The notes beneath the pieces are model-generated. The model worked only from the letters and a program-made list of their open reading frames with translations. It was not told where the DNA came from and did not search any database. From contig JAAOMT010000303.1 in NCBI GenBank assembly GCA_016748015.1, positions 806,001 through 870,000 of the forward strand: a DNA stretch of 64,000 nt, written 5' to 3'. The position numbers and the translations under genes are program-made. This document shows positions 51,865 to 64,000 of the stretch, one piece after another (the stretch's first letter is position 1; the number at the start of each line of letters is the position of its first letter). Source of the DNA: Geosiphon pyriformis uo1. Lineage: Eukaryota; Fungi; Glomeromycota.

Positions 51865-54800
51865 TTATTTATTTATTTATTTTAATAAATACAATTTAAC
51901 TATTATTTAATATACAGAAACAAACTAAGTAGTCCAAACTAAATATAGTTTATGTATTTACTATATGTAACTGATTACTTAAGCCAATTAAAACAACACT
52001 ATATACTTATACTAATTTTTAAACTATTATTCAAATCTGAAAAAAAAAACAAGCTTTGTACAATCTAAAATTAATAGCAAAAAACTTAATAATACCAAGT
52101 AAATAAACTATTTTTGCTAACAAAAAATTAAACAAATTATTATATACTTTAGACAACATTCTTATATTATTAACTAAGTTATTTTTTTTTTATTAACTCT
52201 GTATTTTAACTTAAAATTTTATAACTTACTATGATGCTTTTTAGTCAGATAACAAACAAAATCAGCCACTATTAATACAGTTTTTTTTTATTCTCAAATA
52301 TTAATATTACCTTATTAATTCAGTTTCTAAAAACAAATTTTTTGTATAAAACTTTATAAATACTTATGTCTAATATTTTTTAAAAAAAAGTGTACAGTAT
52401 TAAAAATAACAACAAAAAACAAGATCTTATTAAAAACTTTTATAACTCAATATGATTCAACAAAATCTTAAAGTACACAAAAACATTTTTTGGACAAATA
52501 AAAACATAATTAGGCAGCTCAATATTACTACAAAACAAATATAATACATTTAGATAATTTTTGTTATAGAGCTTTTTTCTAACTACAATTAATAGCCTCT
52601 TATAAACTGCTTTTATTAAATATATACAAAGAGTTATTAAGATTTTGTTAATAAATTTAAAAAGCATATAAAAATTCAGATATTAAACTAAAGCAATACA
52701 ATACTAATCAATGTTTCAAATAAATAAGTCTTGTAAAATTTCTATATCTAAACCTATTTTTTATTGAACATAACAAATTATTTAATAAATATTAAAAACA
52801 AAGTAATAAGCATTGCCTAATATGACTAAATTATTTGTTATAATAAACTTTTTATAAACATTAGTAGAAAAAATTACACAAAACTATATTATATTACATT
52901 AATTTAGTTATTATTAGTATTTTTTAAATGGCTCTTAATCTTTATCTATATTACAAAAATGTCTTTTGATCTGATTAAATTAATTACATGTTATTTTTTT
53001 ATTCAATACTTGCTTTAGAAATTAGATACATAAAACTTAAACTTTAAAATATATGTATTTATAACAGCTTGGCTGTCTATGTGCAAAATCACTAAACAAA
53101 AAAAAACCACATTCTAACAACAATATAATAGCCTGTAACTCCAATATTGTTAATAACAACAATCCAAGAATTGTGATATTCATGTTTATTTTAATATTAG
53201 AAAAATAAGTTACTATTCTATCTATTATTTTCACAATATCTAATTTTCTCAACAAATTATTAATGTACACATTAATTATCTCTATTCATAGTTTATATAA
53301 ACATTTTCAAATATTTAAAAACTCTTTTGAGTTAAAAAAATTTGAACAGCCAGAGTTAAAAGTATTTTTATCAAATTTAACAAGAAAACTATTTATATAA
53401 ACTGAAGTTTTTACAAATCATATTAACATTAAATCTTTTGAACTCAATCTTTTTCAATAACAAAAAATTTTCTAATTTACAACTAAACTATGCTTGTTTA
53501 ATAATTTATTACTAAAAACAACACCTAATTGCTTTAGAAATCAAACTATATTAAAGTAATAAGAGTTTTTCAGTATTTTAGACATTAAAAAACAGTTAAA
53601 AAAACGAAATACACTAAGTAGATTATTTGCCAGAAAGATTTTGTTGTTTAAAAAAATTTTTATTATGTTTGCCAAAAAATTATTTACAAAATTAATTTTT
53701 AACCTAGCAAGAAATTGTAATAAGTTTTTTGGTGTTATTACCAATAGAATTTTAGCCATTAGTTAGCATGAAATTATCTTTATAATTTTTATTATTAATT
53801 AGCATATATTATCATCATTCAAATTATTACTTATTATTTAATCAAAATTATCAAAGATTGTTATTTAATTAATAATCTGATTTGTATAATAAAAGTTAAG
53901 ATAATCAAATTACACAATACTTTGAACTATATAATATTTAAAAATTCGCCAAAATTTACCAAAATAGTTAATAGTTTAACAAAATAACTTGTAATTTATC
54001 AAAATATATCTTTAGTTCATCGAAATTATAGCAAAAAAAAAGTTCAAGTTTATAAATTAGTACTATAGCAATTGTATAAAAAAAGCTCTTTTTTTTTAAG
54101 AAAATGTATCTTATTCTATTTTATCTTTTTTTAGAATTATCTTACTTTAAAATCGTCTTTTTTAGAACAAGTCTTTTAATATAAATTAAATAAAAATTAA
54201 AAACACTTAAAAAACACAAATTCATTAATCAATTGTATTTAAAACTTCCTAACTTTTAATTAACACTTTGAAATTAATTAGCTACCAATTTTAGTAATTT
54301 GTTAAGAACTTCAGGTCTGAATAAAAAACGATTCTTTTAAACAAAATTCTATTTTTTTTATAATTTTTTTATTTTGTTATTATAATCATTAAGATAGTCT
54401 ACAGACAAAATTTTTGTAAAAAAGCTGAATTTTACAGCAAAGTAACTACACATTTTTAGTAAGCTTTCAAATGAACAATTTCTGGAAAAGAATTGACTTT
54501 TATTACAAAGTAACTAGATTATATAACTGGCATAAAATTGGCATTTTTACTTATAAACCCAATAGTTCAAATTATAAAATATAATTTAAAAATAAATTTA
54601 GTTATTAGAAGTTTACTAGCTTCCAATAATTGTGAATTAACAGCAAATTAACATTAATAACATTTAAGAAAAAAGACCAAAAATTTTCAGTAATAATACC
54701 CAATTTGCAATTTATAAATTCAAAAAACAATATATAAACAGATAGCCAAAAATTCTTATCACATTAAAAAATCTAATTAACAAAGCTATTTACTTATATT

Positions 54801-57800
54801 TGCACAAAAAATTTCAGTTTATATAAAGATAAATAATGCAAAGTCTTGTTAAAAAGTTTTTTAATAAATTAGTTTTAAATTTAAGCTCTTTTTTAATCAT
54901 GACATTTTATTTCTAATACACACTTTTAAACTCAAAACTGAACCATATCCAATAGTTAATTATAAGCTGCAAAACTGCTAAAACCAAATAAGAAAATTGT
55001 TTATCTAACAAAGCCTTCTTAAGCACTATATTAAAAAAAAACCTGATATTTAAGTATGCTTTAATAAAACTTGGCTTAAACATATTTTCTGTTGACAAAA
55101 AAATTTCTAAGTATTTGTAAGATTTCCTATACTTGGCAATAAAAATTAACTAACTATGTTTTTTTATCTTACATAATAAAAAATCATACAAAATTCTCCA
55201 AAAAAGCAGCAAAAAAACTTTATCTTAATTTAGCCTATTATGTACTCTGTAACTATTTAAAAAACCAAAATTTGTTATTATTCTATTAATTCTGTTTTTG
55301 TATATATTACCAAAAAACTCAATAAACTTGCTACATATTTTAATGCATTTTAAATTAGCCTCCAAATAATGTTATTTAACTAAATTATATGTTTTGTGTA
55401 TGTTTTGTAAAACCAATCAAAGCTTTTGGTTTTTTTTTAAAATATTTTCTACAATCAAACCAACAGCAAACATTGGGAATTAAATTAAAGTATTTTTTAA
55501 GACTGAGAAGTTATTATCATAAAAAACATTAAATTCACTATAAACAAACAAAATATAATCTAACAGAATCTTAAACAAAATTTTCTCAGCTGTTTTAATT
55601 AATATTATAAGCTGTATATTCATTAAAATACTATTCTAATCATATGATTTGAAAATTATTAAAACCTATGTTTTCTTTTAAAGAACTGAAATATTGCTAA
55701 AAGTTAAATAAGTGTTTATTAAATCCAAAAGACATTTCAATACTACATTGTTACAATGTTTTTAAAGTTTATTAGTTATATTAAAAAAATTAGCAGCTTT
55801 GTTATTAAGCAAACTACCAATTACCAGAACTAATTTTTCTATGCTAACTATACTCATTATATCAAAAAAACATTTTTATTTATGTAAATTAAGAATACAT
55901 ACTAATAAGTCTATAAATTAAACAAACTAAAAACACTTTATACTTTTTTGTCCAACTTTTTATAATCTTATTAACTTTGAGCTTTATTTTATTTAGCTTT
56001 AAAATCAACTTCTTTCCAACTACTAAATAATTCAGAACCACTTTTCGAAATAGTTATTCTAAAACACTCTTAATTATGCTTTTCTTATTAAAATCAAAAT
56101 TTTCTATGTATTTTTTAATTGTTTTTTTAATAGATGTACTTTTAGTTACTTTAGATTTGTAGTACTTGAATTTTTAATAACTTTTTTTAATCTTTGATAA
56201 ATATTTAATCATATTTACAAAACTCACATTATTGTAAACCAAGCTGTTAATTTCAGAAGTTTTTATTTTATTAATAAATAATCATATTTTAATAAAATAA
56301 TCAAATTCTGACTCATTGCTTAAACTTAGTATTTTAGCTATTTTAGCAACCAATAATTCTAATTTGTAAAACTTTAAAAACTATTTGTTTTTTGAGCAAT
56401 CAAATTTATTAAACCAATGTCTAAAAAATATTATATTAGTTGTATTTACTATTATCTTACTTAAAATCTCTCATATTATATTCAAATCCTTAAGAATTTT
56501 AGCATTTACAAATTTATTTTGCACTATTAAAAGCTTAATAGAAAAATGTTTCTTAAAACATATCTATTTGGCACTATTTGTATCTTTTGTTTTGAATTTT
56601 TAATAATTTTTATTAATTTGTTTGCAAATATTGTTTAGACAAACATTTAAAAAACTCTTTAAATCAATTAAAATTAAAACTGTTTAGTAATTAGTATTAA
56701 AAAAATCAAATATAGAACCAATCTCTTAATTTATAACTGCTGATAGCAAATTTTTATTCAAAAAAATATAATTAATAACTTTTTTAACTTTTTTAAAATT
56801 GTTTTAGATAAGAGTTTTAACCAAAAAATATTCATTAAAAAAATTCACCAAATTTATATTCAAGCATTTTTTGAGACTTATACACTTTTTAGAATCATTT
56901 TTATTGAAGTTATTACTTAAAATTATAAATAAACTGGAGCCAACTGTCTTAAAAATAAAAAAATTGACATTAAAAGCCTGCTTAAACCTAGTTTCAGCCA
57001 ATATTTTAGCATATAAACTTAAAATTATAATTGATAGTTTATTTTTAAACAAAAAACAAACCAAAATTATTCTATCAAAAATTTCGTTTACTTTTGTGAT
57101 GTGCTAAGCCAAGGAATTGTCCATAATAATAGTCTTGTTAGCACCAAAAAAACTGTTTTCTAAACCAGATGTAAAGATTTAACCTTTATTAAATTTGTTT
57201 ATAATCTATAATTTAGTACTAGACTTTAATTTTGTTTTTATTATAATAAATATTATGTTCTCAAAATTTATATATTATTAAACAATGTTTTTTTTGCTTG
57301 GCTAAATTGTTTATATCTTTGATATTATATGTAGCAATTTTTCAAATAAGACTGGTTATTAAGAAGAACAAAAATCTAAAATTAAACCAAGATTGTTTAC
57401 TTTGGCCAAAAGACTTAAAATCATATTTAATAATTTTTTCATGTTATTTTTCAACTTTAAAAAACTTGATAAATCTGAAAATACTGCTTTGTAACAATTT
57501 TACTATCAATAATCACAATTAAATTTTTATTTATTAATATATTCATTTTTTAATTTTGTAATAAAAAGTCATTAATAATTAACATTTAAAGCTAAGCTGA
57601 AACATTATTGGCTTGAATATGTCCAATCTCTTAATTAGCTTACCAATTTGTTTTGTAAAGCCAATAAAACTGTACTTAAAAACAATAAATCTATTATTTA
57701 TTTTCAATATAACTTGTAAAAAAAACTTTATTTTTATAAAGAAACCAATTTTTGAGAACTTATTATATTAAAAAAAATAAATAAATAAAGAATTACCAAT

Positions 57801-59314
57801 AATTTTTATTTAAAAAACTTCACTAAATAAAACTGAATAAACAATAAAAACTAAATATTTAGCATAAATGGCAACAAGTCTGTTTTTATTTACTTTTAAA
57901 AGAATTTTATAAAAAAAGCCACTTAAAAAAACTTTCTTATTAGCAGTATAATTAATTAATATATGATCCAATTTTTTATACTTGGTATACTTGGCCATAT
58001 CTAAATAAAACCAACACAAATTAACACTTTTTATTACAAATATAGTTTTTACAACAACATTTAACAAAATACTAAAATCAAAACATATTATAGCATATTT
58101 AACTTAAGCATATATAATTAGATAATAATTAATAATGCAAGTTTTTTTACTAATTAACCCAATAAAGTTCCAAATGTTATGAGTATTGATTTCTATTAAT
58201 AATATATAAAATAATATCTTATTGCTGTTTTTTGTATCTTAAGTTTTTTTGTCCAAATCTGTTTTAATAATATACACAGTATTTTTTTTAATTAGGATAG
58301 ACGATTTTATTACAGCCAAATCAATACAACTTGATTGCTTAAATTTTATAATTGCTTTTTGTTACAACTTTATTAGTTGTATTTTAATCGACTTAATCAT
58401 TCCAAAACTAAATAACACAGTATATATAATCTTTACAGATATTTTTATTAGAATTTTTTTGACTACTACAGTCTAATCTAAACATACTGCCAATTTTTTT
58501 AGATTGGTGTTTATTAAAATATTTGTAGTTTTTGTCTTTTTTGTTGTTTATACTAAACTTAATTCAGATATAAAAGACATTTGAATAATCTTAGCAAATT
58601 TTAAGAAAATAGAAGTTTTTCCAAAACTATTAATATTAACAAACAAATTTCCAACTTTTTTCAATTTTTTTTAAAAGAGTTTTTTGCCATAGCATTTAAA
58701 CTAATATTCAAAATGAAAAACTTTCTAATTAAAACTTGAGCCAAATTTTTAAGAGAGAAAAGAAGTAATAAAAGTGTATTTATTGCAGAGTTATTGTTAT
58801 TATTATCAAAAAAATCAATTCTATTTAAAAATTTATTCAAAATACACTTTGTTATGATTTTTGGTCTCTTTAAAGTACTATTAATATTCTTTTTTATTAA
58901 TTTTATCTTTATTGCCATAGTTAATACTAATATTTTTTACCAAATAGTTTTTTTTTATGTTAACATTTTTAGACTTAGTAAAGTTTTCAGTTTTTGACTC
59001 CTTTTTATTATTATTAGCAAAATTTTTTTACTTTGCTAAAAAACTATTAATTATATTACTTTTAATAATAGTTTTATTTTTTTATTTTTTTTTTGAGAAT
59101 AAAAACCCTCTACTTAAACCCAAACCAGAGCTTTTGGCAGTTTTTTTTATGTTTAAGATATCAGAATTAAGAGCTGGCTTATTGTTAAACAGAAAAAATT
59201 TCGAAATATCTAGTTGAATATTGAAAAAAAAACAACAAAAAAGACAACAAAAAACTTCTTATACAAAATTATGTTCTTTAAAAGATTTAAAACATAGAAA
59301 AAAAAGAAGTTTTT
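51865..59314 (-). mobile_element. LINE-D: near full-length, most decayed LINE, tail-to-tail with LINE-C
   Basis: (TAAA)n tail ~51865-51883; family 3' UTR; ORF fragments homologous to LINE-B; internal deletion near 55150 removing the RT catalytic region; 5' AAAAACTTCTT hairpin; possible low-complexity TSD TAAATATAT. Confidence 0.85.
53736..54695. mobile_element. Solo LTR-like insertion, family 4, in LINE-D
   Basis: TATTAC...GTAATA inverted termini; flanks GTGT/ATAC. The LINE frame ANW|.PKNLLQF rejoins on removal. Confidence 0.7.
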
Positions 59315-60469
59315 AATTTTTAAATATATAATATAGTCTTAATTAACTTGAATAATTGGTTACATATTAAAAATATTTATTATTGTATTTTAATAATTGT
59401 ATATTAAGTATTTTAAATAAATAAATTTAATAAAATAACATAATAAATTTAAACTTAAAAAATAACTTATCAATTATTTATACAAAGTGAAATTTAGAAT
59501 TAATATAAAATAATAAAAATACTTTATTAAATAAATTTTTTAATAATATAATTAATGGAATTTAATTTTTAATGAATTTAATAAATTAATTGAATTTTGT
59601 TATTTTATTTACTAATTTGTAAAATTTTTAAAAATGGGTTTTAAAGTTTTATTTTAATATATTAATTTCAAAACAATTAATTTCATAATAAGTTAATTTA
59701 AGCATAAGATAAAAGAGCAAATGGAGATATTTTGATAAAGTTAATAATTTTTGATGGGTTGTAAAAAAATGGTATTTATTTAAAAAAATGAGATACTTTT
59801 ACAAATCTTATTCTCGTGCGCAAATTTATTTTGCTAACTTTACCACAATACTCTATTCGCCACAATACCTCAAATCGCCAAAATACTTCCTCTTTTACCT
59901 TATTAAAAAATTAAATTCAAATAATTGTAATTAATTCAAAAATTATAATTATTAATATAATATTATTTACTTGTTTTATAATACAGTAATTTTTGGACAT
60001 AATTATTTTTGTTGCTTGCATTTTAAAAATTAAAAACGTTAATTCAATAAAAATTTTGGAAATTACAATTGTTTAAATCTAAATAGCAAGTTGATATACA
60101 TCAAATCTTCATTTTAAGCAATAAGAATTGATTATTTTATGTGAGGCTTAATGTGCATGTTCTAAAAAATGTAACAATAGAAATCAAACTTACATTTTTA
60201 AGCTAACCACATTTTTCGTAAACTTTATTTCTTCCACAAAAGAATTTTTTACGTTCAAATTTTCTTTTATGTTTTCGAAGCTATCGGCTACTATTTTCTT
60301 TATTATTTTTTAACCATCATAAAATCCATCTTTCGTTAAAGTCATTCGTAGTTCTCGCCCTCCAGTGAAAAGCATGTGATACTATGTAAGAGACCTTAAA
60401 AAAAGGCCGCGATTTGATCAATTATGCAAAAATAATAGCTAGTTGATAACCTACTTACCATAACCATCA

Positions 60470-63400
60470 CTAGGTTTCCACAATATTGTCGTAATTTGGA
60501 GAGAGCGCTTTCACGATAGATATGACTTTTTCAATTCTAGGATTGACTTCTGGAGTTAGGAAGATGGTTTCTAGGGTTACTACGAATGTTGACATCTGGT
60601 TTGAATACTAAAGTAGAGAATTCAGAAAACATATATTTCTCAATATTTGGATTTTAAACCATTTAAACATTGCGGAGCTTACCGCACGCCCTACTTCTAT
60701 GAAGAAGCCATAAGCCCAATAAAACCACCATTGCAACATTGGATCTTGTATATCTTGATCCTCATATTCTTTTATCTTTCTAGTTAATAATTCGACAAAT
60801 TTCTGAAATACTGCAAGCAAAACTTCTTTTTGCTCTCTTGATACCATATTCAAAGAATTTTCCAAGTTTTGCGATGAATCTGAGGTTTTTTGATTTGGAT
60901 TAAAATTTGGTGTTCAGGAATATAGCTAAATTCAAACACATGATATTAATATACATTATTAATTGACATCATATTACAACAAACCTTCATGTGTGTTAGG
61001 AACTTCATCGCCGTTGTCATTTGGTTTAGGAACCTCAAGTTTTTTTAATTTAGTTTGCAGTTGCAAAACACGAGAGTTCACTTTATTAATAGTGTTTTTA
61101 AGAATTTCCCATACATAGGACCTTTAGAGTAGAAAATGGATAAAGGATAGATAAATTAGACTAGATGGGTTTTTTATTTTGTTTCGTTTCCAAAATACAA
61201 GATCATTACATGATCGAAATCTAAATGATATCAAAAAAAACTCACCTGGGAAAATCATTTTGCGTTTTATCTGAAAAAAGCCAAGATATAACCGCAATAG
61301 CATCAATTACGCGATAATTCAATAATTTGTCAAGTAAAATACCCAAAAACTAGAAAAGAAAATTCAATTGGTAGTAATATAATATTGTAATTCGAGTATT
61401 GCACGGAGTATTGTTGTACCTGGGTATTGTTCGCCCAAAAATCTGCCACGATAATTACGGTATGTTTTCTAGATTCAGATGTGACATTCAAAGACTGCAA
61501 AATAGGTAAATATCTAAGAATTATGAAGTTATTTTAAATCTTTAATATTTAAAGGCAGAAAGATTATTTAGTTGTTACTTATGCTAACCTTTCAATCACA
61601 TTAAGTACGTGACTGAAACTTTTGCTCCCAACCATTAAGACGCATTGCAAGAACAAGTCTCTAATGATTTCGTCTTGCTCAGCGACAGAAATCTCGGGAT
61701 AGAAAGGGCGAGCCTGTTGTAAAGTCGTCAGAATTTGATCATTTGGTCTCTTGCTTCGAAGTTGTGATACTAAAGTGACGCTTAAATCATACAACACATG
61801 GTCTAAGAGAAAAAGCCCAAGGGATCAAATTTAGTTCATAGCAGAAATATTTCCAGTATGAATGAATTCAAAAAAAAACTTTGAAGTCGATCATAAATCT
61901 CTATGCAAACCATTTTCGTTGATACAATTTCGTAACAATACCTGGTTTTTCATACCGAAAATTTGTAGATGGTTCTGAAGATGGATAAAGAACTAGAAAT
62001 TCTTCTGGCAAAGTACTCTTAATTCTTTCATAATAGCTGTAGCGTATTGATTTTTCAAGTGCCTCCCGAACAAAGCAAACCTGAGGATGTAGAGAATCTA
62101 GCTCTAAAACCTTTTCCCTTAAAATTCAAAGCGATTAACTCTTAAAATCGAAGCAAATGACTTTCAAGTCGAAACTGAATAATATCTTTACCACTCTTTC
62201 CAATTCCAGATGAATGCGAAATTACTAAGATGATGTGCGAACCAATTCCAAAACCGGTAACAGCATTCCACATCCATGTCAACTAGGCGTGTAAACAATA
62301 TTCCTACAGCTTTGCCCAAGTAGAGAATCTTTAAGGTAAAGGGTGAATATCTTAATTAATATAGAATTTTATGCAAAACATAAATAACTAGCAAAAAAGG
62401 ATATCACAGGCGGAAACGCCTCTGGCATTGATCTGCATGCTTCTGTTAAAAGTGAATGATAATATATTGGCTTATATTTGGGTTGCGGCAATTTAAATAT
62501 TTGGTCAAATACTGCCTAATAATTAGATATAGAATCAGATATAAGAGTATTCACAAATAATTATGTTTGTGTTCATAATAATACCTCAAGAATAATTTTT
62601 TCGAGGTTCAGGTTTTTAACAGGTTTTCTTAAGGCCTTATCGGTAAGTTGATTGGTTTCAGAGTCATCCTGGATCAACCCACCGAGTTCTTCATTTGCAC
62701 TGACCGACAGGTTTTGTACCAAGGTGCCAGTAACAAATTTTGAAGGCATTTCTTTCAAATATCGGATACATTCTTTACGATTGATCTCAAAAATATCAAT
62801 GATATCCTGAATCATATCATGAATAATAAAATGTTCGATACTATCGATTGCGGGAACTTCCGGTGAGTTTGTCTTGTTCATATAAATAAGAGTATTTTTA
62901 AGGCTCTAGTAATTAAAGGATTCAAATGATTTGAACTAGAATTTGAAACTTTAATTACCCCATTTGGTAATTCAGTAAAGATTTTAAATACTACTTCGGG
63001 AACATCATATTGAAATTGTGGCGAATCTTCAGGCAGCACAAGTTCTGGAATATCATGCTAATCAGTTTGATTGGGAAGTCAGAATATGTGTAGTATTCAT
63101 ACTTAGTAGAATTAAAAGGCATTATTAACTTGCCTGATCTGCCGTTATAAGAACGTTATCATAATTAGACCAAGGTTTTAAAAGGATTGGACACTATTGA
63201 AATGAAAGAATAACGAATTCAGTGAAGAGGTTTCAGATGAGTATTCTTCATATATCAAAAATAATTGAGACTCAAACTTAATCATTGGACGTCACCTCCC
63301 AATCTTGACTGATTCTTCGAATTTGTTCCCATAAAATTGTCAGCGTCTTCAAAGTGAAAAAAAAACATTATTTTATAATTAACTGATCGTCGCTTAAATT

Positions 63401-64000
63401 GTTATTTCCTAACAAAAACACTAACGTTATCCTGAGAATATGAATGTTGGTCGCGATATGGTTGGACGGCGGATAATAGTATTGAATAATAATTTTGATT
63501 ATGCCCAGAGTGAGCCTGTCTTGATCTTATGTCGAAATATCGGTTAATCTTTTCTAGCATTTGAGCAAAAAGGTCACCCACTCTTTCATGCAGTCGTTTG
63601 CCAACCTTCGTTGAAAATTAAATTTTTGTAAATATATATATAATATAAAACATAGTATATAACGATGCAAATACTTACGAAAGGAAGTGTGAATAGTACT
63701 ATTTTCACAATAGTATCACTGCGACGCTAATTATAAATGTCAGCCAGAAACATACTGTTAATAGACTAGTTTAAAAAAAAAATTCGTTTGTTCTTACCAT
63801 TTTTAATGTTGATTCATCAAGTACCTTCAATAAAACATCGTAAATCGCGAGTAAAGATTTAGGCTGAATGACATTTGCATTTGTCAATTCAGCGAAAAAT
63901 CTTAGCTGTAAAAACAAAAGTTAATCCGAAAATCCAAGATTAATAAGAATGAAGTTGGGCTGTTATGAGTTGCAGGTAATATAATGAAATCAAGAGACAT
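60470..64000 (-). CDS. NCBP1: Nuclear cap-binding complex large subunit CBP80 (3' portion; 5' end outside window)
   Basis: Spliced exons give FPPV|LGKAVGILFTRL..RFWNWFAHHLSNFAFIWNWKEW, FVREALEKSIRYSY, FLQCVLMVGSKSFSHVLNVIER, LDKLLNYRVID, YVWEILKNTINKV; stop TAG 60470-60472. Confidence 0.92.
62320..62404 (-). other. U12-type (minor spliceosome) AT-AC intron
   Basis: 5' ATATCCTTT, branch-like TACCTTAAA about 10-18 nt before the 3' AC. Removal joins EAFPPV|LGKAV in frame. Confidence 0.88.

Noticed and set aside
52440-59217. Many short Ile/Lys/Asn/Phe-rich ORFs on both strands
   Set aside because: Fragments or antisense frames of decayed LINE-D, produced by extreme AT bias.

Overview
AT-rich eukaryotic (fungal) DNA with short introns. 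Gene and repeat content resembles Glomeromycota or early-diverging fungi (Geosiphon-like; an inference, not a database hit). Two gene-dense, CpG-containing flanks are present. The left flank (1-8.7 kb) holds an SDR, HSP20, a zinc metalloprotease-jacalin gene, GAR1 and an NTF2/SnoaL-like gene. The right flank (60.4-64 kb) holds the 3' part of CBP80/NCBP1, which contains an AT-AC minor intron. Between them lies a ~51 kb block of nested, C>T/G>A-hypermutated transposons: four RNase H-bearing LINE copies, two dUTPase-bearing Ty3/Gypsy elements, five solo LTRs, and a TA-flanked TIR element carrying a non-transposase gene remnant. Most junctions resolve to the base via target-site duplications (TSDs). 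Most striking, all six resolvable LTR insertions have 4-bp TSDs compatible with an ancestral N-CG-N site, and three show reciprocal TG/CA decay. This suggests CpG-targeted integration.
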